Origin: a virus
Taxonomy: Duplodnaviria > Caudoviricetes
Virus record (IMG/VR): IMGVR_UViG_3300033388_000331
Span: 1-24,792 of that record
DNA: 24,792 nucleotides
Strand: one strand, 5' to 3'
Shown: one piece after another, positions 1 through 8,611 of the stretch
How positions within the stretch are numbered: the first letter of the stretch is position 1
Layout: every line of letters starts with the position of its first letter
Translations under genes and position numbers: made by a program
The notes under the pieces: model-generated
Told to the model about the DNA's origin: nothing
Seen by the model: the letters and a program-made list of their open reading frames with translations, nothing else
The model's database searches: none

Positions 1-3000
1 GAGTTTTAGATTTAACATCTAATACTTCTAATGCATCTCTTACAGCTTTAACATTAGCAGTGTGATCATCAGCAAAGTAAAAATCATTATAACCTTCTGC
101 TGCTTTATCAACTACCCAGTTTGACTTAGCAAATGGAGAGCTATCACCTAAACCAGATATATTTTTAAGTGGTATATTTAAACCAATAGCATCTAAAAAT
201 TCTTTAATAGCAGGTGATGCTTCTTGAGATCTAGCTGTTAATACAAATACATCATCTGTTCCTCTCGTCTCTTGTATCTTTTGAGCAACACTAAACAATG
301 GTCCTTTTTTACCGTCCATTACTTTATTAAACTCTGAAAAATCCCATACTGCTCCTTCAGCTAGCATTGCATCTCCTTTTTTAGCAAACTCTTCAGCAGT
401 TAATTTACCTTTAGTACCATCAGGCATTGTATATAATACATTGCTTTTAGTTCTAGCTAATGTATCATCAAAGTCAAATACTCTTATTTTTTTAACTGGA
501 GCATTAGGATTACGAGCATTACGTAAAGCTTCGTCTAAGCTAGCAGCTTTATTAAGAACATCTTCCGATGACATACTATATGAATTTTTAGTATTCATCA
601 CTTTAGCATTGTCAATTATTGGTATATTAACTTTTACTTTAGCTTTTAGTTTAGCATCGTTTAGCTTTAAAAAATCTTCACCTATTATATCTCCTTTATT
701 CTCACCACCAATAACTTCTAAAGCGTACATATTAGGATAACCTAGCATAAGCTCGCCAAAATAACGCTCAGTTTCTGACATGGTTTCGTTCCAGTACGAA
801 GGCATAACGGCTTGAAGTTGAACATTAAGATTGTCATCCATTATTTTAGGTATAATAGCTACATTATACCTATCTTTTAAAGCTTGCAGATCTATTTTTT
901 TACCTAAAAAATGTTGAGTTAGTTTTAAAGCTACATACTCTGTAGGTATCATGTGTTCGTACCTAAGTTCACTAGCTTTCATGTTAGGTCCTACGTAATA
1001 ATACTTAGCTAAAGCAGCTGATTTAAGCATACTATCCATACTACTTTTTAACGACATCATAGTCATTCCAAAACTTAAATTATTTCCGTTGCCTTTCATA
1101 AAATCAATATAATCTAACAAAAGTTCCCATACTTCATCAGCTTCTTCTTTTCTTTTTTCAAAAGTTTCTTCAAAATGTTTTTTACTTTTAGACTTTTGAG
1201 CTTGTCTACTTGTATATTTATCAATAGTTTTGCCATCTATAGTTATAGACTCTATAGTTGTTTTTCCATCTTTAGTTTTACCTGTCTTGACTTTAACTTT
1301 AGGTATTGTATTAATAACAGAGTTCACGTAATCCTCCATACCTTCAAAAACTTGGTATCGTTGACCTCCTGGTTCTAAAACACCTAAGTTACTAGCTCCT
1401 ATTTTAGAAGCAGTTGCATTATGACCTTTAAGTATAGTAAGAGCTATTCTTACCGCTTCCTCTTTACCTTTACTTTCAACTAAGCTATTTATATAATCAG
1501 CTTCTAGTTGTCTTTGAAATGTTACATTTGCTGGATCTTCAAATGCAATTCCAAAGTTTTTTATATCTAAGTCTAAAGCTTTAATTAGGTTTGTACCTAA
1601 TTCTTTCTGCGTCATTTCTTCTACAGTAAATTCTCCTATGTCTGGAAAAGCTTTTAGTGTTTTTAAAGATGTTTTACCTTCGGGTTTAGTAAGTTTTTTA
1701 ATAGGATTGACTAGATCTCTAGCTAACTTTGATAAACTTTTTTCTTTCTCTTCTAATGTTTTACCCCATACATCACTAGTGTTTTCATTTATATAAGTTT
1801 TATATAGCGCTCTTTCAATAGCTTTTTTATTGTAGCCTAAATTTTGATCTACTAAATTGTCTGCAAATTTCTTAATATGACTTTTATATTCTTCTTTTTG
1901 AGCAGTATTACTAAACTTAATTCTTGGGTCTCTTTGTAATTTTTTAGCTAGCAATGCTCTTTCAGCAGGTGAAACTCTTCCTTCAGCTAAAGATACCACC
2001 ATGTCTCTACCTACTTCTATAGCAGTGGAAGCGGCAGTTGATGTTTTTCTATTACCTCTTAATCCACTTTTCTTACCAGTCGTTGGGCTAACTGGTGGAG
2101 CTAATATAAAGTCTATAAGATCTTGATTATTAAAATCTTTAAACGTATAAGAATTAACACCTTGAGCATTGTTCTCTACGTATACTGTTCCTTCGTCCAT
2201 AGCTGCGTCAATCTCAGCGTTTGTACCTAAGTCTACAGGTGGATTAGTAAAAACCCTATCTTCAGGTTTAACTTGCGATTCTAACTTAACAAAGTATTGA
2301 ACAGGTAAAAGCTCTTTCATTTTAGGAGCTAGCTTTTTAATTAAAAACTCATATCCCTTAGCTGTGCCAAAAGCTTTTTTCATTTTTGGAGTAAGCTTAG
2401 CTTCAAGAACTTGTGTGATGAAAGGTCTATACTCTTTAGAATTAGGATCTGGTCTTACACCTTCTAATATTTCTAATGCAGCAACTTCTATATCTTCTTC
2501 AACTTGTTGAGTTATTAATTCAGGAACTGCTTTTTTAATCTTAGATCTTGGAGTTACTTTATCTTTTTTACTTTCTACTCTTGTTGTAGGAGTATCATCA
2601 GCTGCTATATTTAAAGGTCTACCTTCTTTATCAGTTAAACCAGTTTCAGACTTTCTTTTTTCATTAGCTTTTGCTAATTTCTTTTTAGAGTCCATTTTCC
2701 CAAAGTTAGTATTAGCAAATATAAATTCACCAAAACCTTCTATACCTACTGTAGAACCATCGGCTCTTTTAGCAGTAGGGTCAAAGTTAGTTAACCTATC
2801 TCTAACTGATTGTATAGCTCCAGGATACTCATCACCTGTAGATCTACTTTTAACATAGTTACTTATTACACCGTCTTTGTCAATGTTCATGCCGAAAGCT
2901 TGTGCTTCTTGAGCATCAAAAGTAGCATTAAACAAAGCTGGGAATTTTCTACGGTCATTAACAAAAGCATCGTAATCCTCTTTAGTTTTAATATCCTGTG

Positions 3001-6000
3001 GAACAAGTTGATTAATAGCTTGCAGTGCTGTTTGTTTATCAGTCTTAGAAGTCTTTGTATCGGTAACAAGTCCTTTACCCGCGTCAGCCATCAATCTAGC
3101 TCTTTCAGATATTTTATCTTTTTTAATATTTTTTTGATAATCTTTTATAAAATTGTAAACATCTCTTCCGTTTTGAAATTTTATATCAGTATATCCTTTT
3201 TTTCTAAAACCACTAAGCAAGAACTCTTTCATCTCCCATAGCCTTGCACCTAAGTTGTCAGACCATTTAATTTCTTTCTTAGCTATAGCATCAGAAAAAG
3301 CTGTTAAGTACTCTTCAGCATAATCTTTATAATCATTTTCTATAGCTCCATACTCATCAAACATTATTCTACCATCTTCATCTCTTTGATATCTATAGTT
3401 ATCGTCTATTCTTCTTTGAACAATTCTTAATTCTTTTCTACTTAAAGTCTTTTTAAATTGATCAGCTAATTCTACAGCTCTAGATTTATCACTAAATTCT
3501 GATTTTAAAATTTTATGAAGTAATTCATGTGACGCTGCAGAAATAGCGCCTTTTCTAGCAGCAACTTCTTTATTTATTACTATTTGTCCATTAGGTAAAA
3601 TAAAAGCGTCAGAACGTTTTATATCATTTACTTGTTGATCTATTTGGGATATTTGATCTTGTAGTTCTTGTACCTTAGCTTTACCTTCTTTAGAATTAGA
3701 ATCTTTAATAGCATCAATTTGTTTTTGTATTTTAGCTTTTTGATTATCAGCGTAAGTAGTGTAATTACTTTCTAACTCTTCAGTTGTATCAAACACTTCC
3801 ATAGCTGCTCCCTCTCCTATAGACTCATCAGCTTTAAAGTCAGTATCACCTACTTCCGATGCTATTTTTGCGACAGCTCCTTCTCCTTTACGCATTTTTT
3901 CAACCTGCTCCATTGCTGACAACTCTAAATCAGTAGCAGCGATTTTACCTTCTAAATCTTCTTTAGATCCTTCTTCAACAATTTCCGTTGGCTTTATAGC
4001 ATCAGAGACTTCATAAGATTTAGTTTCAGTACCGGTTTGACGTTGAATTAAACCTCTTAGATATTCATTTACTTGATCTAGCTCTGCATTATCTTTTTGA
4101 GTAAAACTATCGTCAAGGTTTTTAATCTTTCTAACAAGTTCTTGTTTTCTAATCATTGCGTCTAAGTAAGCAGAGCGCTGTGATTCATTAAAACTATAAA
4201 ACTCTTTAGGCATTTTTAATGTAGAGTTTCTTACGTCTGATATTGCTTCTTTTTCTTCACGACCTTGTTCTTCTGTTATTTCATTGTCTTTTACTTTTTG
4301 GTCAACGCCTTCAATTGCATTATTGAAAGCTTTATCTGCTTTCTTTAAATTTTCTCCTAATCCACTAATGTCTAATCCAACAGCTACTTTAGTTAAAGCT
4401 GCTCTAGTTTCAACTTTAGTTTGTCTTCTAAAAGCTCTTGCGCTAGGTATAATAATACCTACTACACCACCACTTTTACTTGCTTCAACTATTTCATCAA
4501 AGTTTCCATAATCAAATAAACCTGGTAAACCTTTCAATTGATAGCCGGTGCCTAACTGTGAAACACCTTGTTGCATACCTTCTGTTAATCCTTCAACAAA
4601 ACCAGACTCTCCAGCTATTAAAGCTGTTTTACCTGTATTCTTTAAGAAACCTTTTATTTCACCTCTAAATAAAGATTTTAAACCTGTTTTTTCTGTTACG
4701 CCTAAAGCTTTAAAAGCTTTACTAACACCTATTAAGTTACCAGCTTGCTCTAAAGAAGTACTAATTGCCGCGAATGCTGCGGCTTCAGATTGATCTGCAT
4801 ATTTACCTTCTTCCAATGCTTGGTATATTTCTTCAGTAGTAGGTTCTCTGTCCAAGTCTTCTCTTAAACCAGTTAGCAAAGTATCATAATACATTGAACC
4901 ATATTCTTGGGCAAACATAGTTGCAGTTCCAAGAGCAACTAGCACAGGATTTCCAGTTACAGCGCCAGCCATAGTAACACCCATCTGTGGAAGTGTTTCT
5001 CCTACCGCCATACCAGCATTAGCAAAAGTTATACCTTCATCCCAGTCTACTTGTTCAAATATTTCAGCATATTTATCATAACCTTCTATGTCTTCTATGT
5101 CGGTTATTATATCTTTTTTATATCCTGCAGCTTGATTTTCTTTATATTTTAAATAATCAGCTACAGTCATTTTTTTAGTCTTTCCTCTATAATTAGCAGT
5201 ATTTTTTGATTTACCTCTTTCGTCTAAAACTTCAAAACCTTTTGACCCATTAGGAGTGTCTACACTTTTAATATCGCCTATAACTTCTTCACCATAAAAA
5301 CCACTTACTTCAACATTAATAATGTCTTCAGGATTCATTCTTTTAGCCATAGCTATTTCACTAGCTGTTCTTTCTGCTCCTAACTGACTGCTTGATATAG
5401 TTACTTGATTAGCGGTTGTAGGTGCATTTACAGCAACAGCTTTGTAAATACCTTCTTGAATGCTTGAAACAAAGTCTGCCGCACCAGCTAATATTGGTAT
5501 ACCTTTAAACATGTTTCTTTGTACATCAAAAGCATTTAACATAATATCGTTAGACCTTTTAAAAGCTTTATTATTTTCAGCGGCAGCATCACTAGCTATT
5601 AAAGTATAGTCTTCAAAAAAATCATTAATATTTTGATTAGAGTTTATTTCTTTAGCATATTCAGTATTCATTTTGCTATTAAACTCAGCTTGAAGTTTTG
5701 TTCTCTCTTCGTTTGTTATAGGTAAATTTTCTAATCTTTTTTGTTCAACAGCAATTCTTTTCTCATACTTAGCAGCAATAGTTTTTCTAGTTAAAGTTAC
5801 AATAGGATTTTCATTCATTAACTCTTTAACAGCTTTGTCTACTTTTACCTGTATAGTTTTCTCATTATCTGTATTAGTTATAGGGCCAAGTTTGGATTGA
5901 ACTTTATTAACTATTTCTGGCTTAGGAACTACTTTAGTTGTTTGATTTTTAGAGTCATACTTTATGTTTACTAATCTAGGAACAGGTAATTGAAGCATTA

Positions 6001-6904
6001 ACCTTGCTTTCTCTGCGTCAGTAGTGTTTAAGTCTCTAATCGCATTTAAATCACTTTGATATGCTGAAACTTGTTCATTTACTGTTAATTTAGAATTTAA
6101 CAAAGGATTTGCAGCTATTTGTTCATTATAAGCTTCTTTACTTTTATACCTATAAAGTCTAGACTCTTCATCAGCTAAAGCTTCAAGCTCTAATTCATTT
6201 TCTTCATAAGCTTTTTCATAAGCTATTCTTTCATCCTCATTCTTCTGTTGCTTTTCATTATTCGTCCAAAATTGTTTGTGGTCAGGAAAACCATAGACGC
6301 GTTCGTCTCTTTCTAGATTTTTTCTTCTTTTCTCTAAATCTTTAGCCTCTTGCTCTATTCTTTCTCTATCTTTTTGAATTGTTTTTTGATTACGAACGTA
6401 GTTATCTACAACATCTTGCCCTGTAACTCCGTAGCTTCCAGGGTTTTCTGTATTTAATGCATCTTCAATAGATCCATCATGTTCTATGCCGTATTCGTCT
6501 TTACCTGTTTGATAGGCTAAATCAGGGTTTAAAGTAAAATCTTCTTCCTCTTCTTGCTCAACACTTGCTTTTGCTAATTCCTCTAAAGAACTAGTTGGAT
6601 TAAATGAATTTCTATAACCTAAAAATTTACCTACATTTCCAGCGCTAAGATATGGTGAATCCAATGAAACATCGCCCGATGGTGATGCCATACTCTCTTC
6701 TACTGCTACATCTTCCGCTACAACTTCCGCAGCATCCACCGCTGTAGCTTCTTGCTTTTCCACTTCTTCTTCTTCTTCTGCTTCTTTTTTTACAGCTCCA
6801 AATCTCGCTATATAATCAGTAAGCTCCATTTTGGATTGTGCTGCTAGAGCTTGAAGTTTCGCTAGCGTATACTCTGTATCTCCAATTAGATAGATTTCTT
6901 CCAT
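1..6904 (-). CDS. Giant multidomain virion/ejection (polyvalent-like) protein, 3' end beyond window, at least 2301 aa
   Basis: ATG at 6904 (MEEIYLIGDTEYTLAKLQ...), 10 nt after the stop of the 559-aa gene. Manual translation in the same frame gives coherent protein down to base 2 (...EVLDVKSKT) with no stop seen, which explains its absence from the ORF track. Contains Gly/Ala-rich hydrophobic segments, HELLH, EHMIP and DFDDT motifs. Confidence 0.93.
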   Translation of the reverse strand, partial: MEEIYLIGDTEYTLAKLQALAAQSKMELTDYIARFGAVKKEAEEEEEVEKQEATAVDAAEVVAEDVAVEESMASPSGDVSLDSPYLSAGNVGKFLGYRNSFNPTSSLEELAKASVEQEEEEDFTLNPDLAYQTGKDEYGIEHDGSIEDALNTENPGSYGVTGQDVVDNYVRNQKTIQKDRERIEQEAKDLEKRRKNLERDERVYGFPDHKQFWTNNEKQQKNEDERIAYEKAYEENELELEALADEESRLYRYKSKEAYNEQIAANPLLNSKLTVNEQVSAYQSDLNAIRDLNTTDAEKARLMLQLPVPRLVNIKYDSKNQTTKVVPKPEIVNKVQSKLGPITNTDNEKTIQVKVDKAVKELMNENPIVTLTRKTIAAKYEKRIAVEQKRLENLPITNEERTKLQAEFNSKMNTEYAKEINSNQNINDFFEDYTLIASDAAAENNKAFKRSNDIMLNAFDVQRNMFKGIPILAGAADFVSSIQEGIYKAVAVNAPTTANQVTISSSQLGAERTASEIAMAKRMNPEDIINVEVSGFYGEEVIGDIKSVDTPNGSKGFEVLDERGKSKNTANYRGKTKKMTVADYLKYKENQAAGYKKDIITDIEDIEGYDKYAEIFEQVDWDEGITFANAGMAVGETLPQMGVTMAGAVTGNPVLVALGTATMFAQEYGSMYYDTLLTGLREDLDREPTTEEIYQALEEGKYADQSEAAAFAAISTSLEQAGNLIGVSKAFKALGVTEKTGLKSLFRGEIKGFLKNTGKTALIAGESGFVEGLTEGMQQGVSQLGTGYQLKGLPGLFDYGNFDEIVEASKSGGVVGIIIPSARAFRRQTKVETRAALTKVAVGLDISGLGENLKKADKAFNNAIEGVDQKVKDNEITEEQGREEKEAISDVRNSTLKMPKEFYSFNESQRSAYLDAMIRKQELVRKIKNLDDSFTQKDNAELDQVNEYLRGLIQRQTGTETKSYEVSDAIKPTEIVEEGSKEDLEGKIAATDLELSAMEQVEKMRKGEGAVAKIASEVGDTDFKADESIGEGAAMEVFDTTEELESNYTTYADNQKAKIQKQIDAIKDSNSKEGKAKVQELQDQISQIDQQVNDIKRSDAFILPNGQIVINKEVAARKGAISAASHELLHKILKSEFSDKSRAVELADQFKKTLSRKELRIVQRRIDDNYRYQRDEDGRIMFDEYGAIENDYKDYAEEYLTAFSDAIAKKEIKWSDNLGARLWEMKEFLLSGFRKKGYTDIKFQNGRDVYNFIKDYQKNIKKDKISERARLMADAGKGLVTDTKTSKTDKQTALQAINQLVPQDIKTKEDYDAFVNDRRKFPALFNATFDAQEAQAFGMNIDKDGVISNYVKSRSTGDEYPGAIQSVRDRLTNFDPTAKRADGSTVGIEGFGEFIFANTNFGKMDSKKKLAKANEKRKSETGLTDKEGRPLNIAADDTPTTRVESKKDKVTPRSKIKKAVPELITQQVEEDIEVAALEILEGVRPDPNSKEYRPFITQVLEAKLTPKMKKAFGTAKGYEFLIKKLAPKMKELLPVQYFVKLESQVKPEDRVFTNPPVDLGTNAEIDAAMDEGTVYVENNAQGVNSYTFKDFNNQDLIDFILAPPVSPTTGKKSGLRGNRKTSTAASTAIEVGRDMVVSLAEGRVSPAERALLAKKLQRDPRIKFSNTAQKEEYKSHIKKFADNLVDQNLGYNKKAIERALYKTYINENTSDVWGKTLEEKEKSLSKLARDLVNPIKKLTKPEGKTSLKTLKAFPDIGEFTVEEMTQKELGTNLIKALDLDIKNFGIAFEDPANVTFQRQLEADYINSLVESKGKEEAVRIALTILKGHNATASKIGASNLGVLEPGGQRYQVFEGMEDYVNSVINTIPKVKVKTGKTKDGKTTIESITIDGKTIDKYTSRQAQKSKSKKHFEETFEKRKEEADEVWELLLDYIDFMKGNGNNLSFGMTMMSLKSSMDSMLKSAALAKYYYVGPNMKASELRYEHMIPTEYVALKLTQHFLGKKIDLQALKDRYNVAIIPKIMDDNLNVQLQAVMPSYWNETMSETERYFGELMLGYPNMYALEVIGGENKGDIIGEDFLKLNDAKLKAKVKVNIPIIDNAKVMNTKNSYSMSSEDVLNKAASLDEALRNARNPNAPVKKIRVFDFDDTLARTKSNVLYTMPDGTKGKLTAEEFAKKGDAMLAEGAVWDFSEFNKVMDGKKGPLFSVAQKIQETRGTDDVFVLTARSQEASPAIKEFLDAIGLNIPLKNISGLGDSSPFAKSNWVVDKAAEGYNDFYFADDHTANVKAVRDALEVLDVKSKT
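50..490 (-). other. HAD-superfamily phosphatase domain within giant protein
   Basis: Motif I VFDFDDTL (DFDDT at 461-475), motif II VLTAR (LTAR at 230-241), motif III Lys (125-127), motif IV YFADDHTAN (ADD at 65-73), in correct order and spacing. Confidence 0.88.
755..1000 (-). other. Possible His-Me finger (HNH-like) domain within giant protein
   Basis: RYEHMIP (EHMIP at 944-958), followed by YNVAIIPKIMDDNL...MPSYW...ERY, an EHxxP-type signature. Confidence 0.45.
2660..2885 (-). other. Possible sigma70 region-2-like segment within giant protein
   Basis: GVISNYVKSR...AIQSVRDRLTNFDP...FGEFIFANTNFGKMDSKKK can be aligned by eye to the sigma 2.1-2.4 pattern (FDP...FSTYAxWWIRxAIxD). Confidence 0.35.
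3290..3610 (-). other. Zincin metallopeptidase domain within giant protein
   Basis: DAFILPNGQIVINKEVA...AASHELLHKIL (HELLH at 3515-3529), with downstream YAEEYLTAFSD (EE at 3311-3316) as a candidate third Zn ligand. Confidence 0.8.
6645..6904 (-). CDS. Putative 86-aa -1 frameshift product of the giant gene
   Basis: 50 zero-frame codons, then -1 frame ARSYSGGCCGSCSGRCSSRREYGITIGRCFIGFTIS ending at TAG 6645-6647. The -1 frame has no ATG/GTG/TTG after the preceding in-frame TGA. Confidence 0.55.
6704..6761 (-). promoter_or_regulatory. Candidate programmed -1 ribosomal frameshift signal (slippery heptamer plus stem-loop or H-type pseudoknot)
   Basis: G_GAA_AAG (6761-6755), spacer CAAGAA, stem GCUACAGC (6748-6741) / GUUGUAGC (6724-6717); loop UGCUGC (6734-6729) can pair with GUAGCA (6709-6704). 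Confidence 0.6.
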
Positions 6905-6914
6905 TATATTTTAT

Positions 6915-8594
6915 TTATTTTTTTCCAAATGTTCCATCAGGATTTGCTATAGCATTTCCAGCACCAAATGCTTTTTCAGCGCTTGCCATAGTAGGATATG
7001 AATTTTTCTTTTTAAGATTTTTATCAACTATATTAAAATAACCTTTAGCTGCTCCATCATATCCACTAACATCAAATATTAAATTGTTAAGTTCTTTTTT
7101 ATCAGATTTTACCTCATCTGCTGTCATAACAACAACAGGCTGAGAGCCACCAATTATTTTTATTATACTACCCTCAGGTAGTCCATCTTCAAACATTCCT
7201 GGTGGGTTAGCATTATTAAATGCTTTAGCAGTCATATATTTTTGATTTTGTGTTGGATTAACTTTTGATCTTTGAGCAGCTGTTCTAGTTTTATTTAACA
7301 CCTTTACTATTCCTTCAGGGTTGTTTGAGTAGTTTTCATCTTCAACAGCTTCTCTTAATTCGTAAAATGAGCCTTTATTTTCTTCAAATTTTTGCTTTTG
7401 TTGATTAGTATATTGACTAAGGTCATTCATTTTAGTACTTTGTGTATCTAAGTTTTCATCATTTTGAGGAGCTAGCACTTCTGCATAATAATTAGCTAAA
7501 CCTCTTCTAGCAGCATTCTCTGTTCTTTCTTTAAATTCTTTAAGCTCTTCTGGAGATATTTTTTTATCATCATCCGTGTCAGCGGCTTGATTATACACTC
7601 CTTGATTTATATCTTTTATAGTTTTCCAAGCTAAATCTCCTTCAATCATTTGGTTTCCATCTTCATCTTTTATAAAGCCGCCTCTGTATAATTGATCCCA
7701 TGTTTTATCAAATCCAGAATTTCTTATGTCTGCATTTAGTTTAGATTTATAGTCAGTTAATAAAGACTTTCTAATACTTTCAGCATCGTAAACACTTCTT
7801 GTTGTAGTTGTTTTTGTTAAACCATCTTCACTATATGTTGTAAAGGTTTTAGTTTGCCCTTTGAAATAATTGCCTAGTCCAGTTTTTGAATCATTCCATT
7901 TGTCGCCAAGTGTTTTTTCTATTAAATCATTTTCACCTATAGATTGTACCTCTTCAATACCATTGGAAGCGGCAGCGGCATCAGCTGTTATATTCCTATT
8001 GATAGCATCTCCATTTTTTAACGTTCCAACAAGACTTATTTGACCATTTTCATCTGTTACGAAATTTACACCGTCGTCGTTAAATTGATTGTTACTTAAA
8101 CCTTGAATAGTTGTTAAATAATTTGTAGAAGATCCTCTTACAAACCTACCTAACTCAACCTCTTTATTAACACCAATTCTGTTTGCTTCAATTTTCTTAC
8201 CCATTGCATTACCTTGAACCATCATAACACCCATGTCTTTCAATGCTTGATTGTCCATAAGCTGCTGAAGTCTTAAAGCATCTCTAAGCTCTGGAGTACC
8301 GTTTTCTCCATACGCTTCCATATACATTTTGTTTTGTTTCGATGCTGCTTGTGTAACCCATTTTCTAGCTCCTTCGTTGAATTGTACATTAGAAGATTTT
8401 TCTGATTTAGAATATGCGTCAACAAAATTAGCTGTATATTGATTAGCTTCACGCGTCAATCTGTTCTGCGCTTCGTTTTCTGCTTTTTGCTCTTGCGCTA
8501 ACCTATTCATTGTACCAGTTATACCACTTACTAATTTAGATGTTCTAGCTTGTGATGCCGCTATTAAGTTACCTCCTGTTGCTGTTAATGCCAT
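6915..8594 (-). CDS. Putative internal virion (ejection) protein, 559 aa
   Basis: Long ORF, helical Ala/Gln-rich N-terminus, A-rich leader AAATAAAACAAA-ATG. Lies between a small and a giant ejection-type gene as in podophage core modules; function is inferred from position. Confidence 0.7.
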   Translation of the reverse strand: MALTATGGNLIAASQARTSKLVSGITGTMNRLAQEQKAENEAQNRLTREANQYTANFVDAYSKSEKSSNVQFNEGARKWVTQAASKQNKMYMEAYGENGTPELRDALRLQQLMDNQALKDMGVMMVQGNAMGKKIEANRIGVNKEVELGRFVRGSSTNYLTTIQGLSNNQFNDDGVNFVTDENGQISLVGTLKNGDAINRNITADAAAASNGIEEVQSIGENDLIEKTLGDKWNDSKTGLGNYFKGQTKTFTTYSEDGLTKTTTTRSVYDAESIRKSLLTDYKSKLNADIRNSGFDKTWDQLYRGGFIKDEDGNQMIEGDLAWKTIKDINQGVYNQAADTDDDKKISPEELKEFKERTENAARRGLANYYAEVLAPQNDENLDTQSTKMNDLSQYTNQQKQKFEENKGSFYELREAVEDENYSNNPEGIVKVLNKTRTAAQRSKVNPTQNQKYMTAKAFNNANPPGMFEDGLPEGSIIKIIGGSQPVVVMTADEVKSDKKELNNLIFDVSGYDGAAKGYFNIVDKNLKKKNSYPTMASAEKAFGAGNAIANPDGTFGKK

Positions 8595-8611
8595 TTTGTT
8601 TTATTTATTTA

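Noticed and set aside
461-478. DFDDT as the DxDxD catalytic motif of a crAss-type virion RNA polymerase
   Set aside because: The third acidic position is Thr and HAD motifs II-IV follow. No polymerase motif was seen in the available part of the giant ORF.
2887-3069. 60-aa - strand ORF inside the giant gene
   Set aside because: Leu/Met/Lys-rich off-frame composition, non-ATG start, no motif or supporting signal
6905-6926. A_AAA_AAA slippery run at the end of the 559-aa gene fusing it to the giant gene
   Set aside because: The -1 frame meets TAA within a few codons and no stimulatory structure is evident
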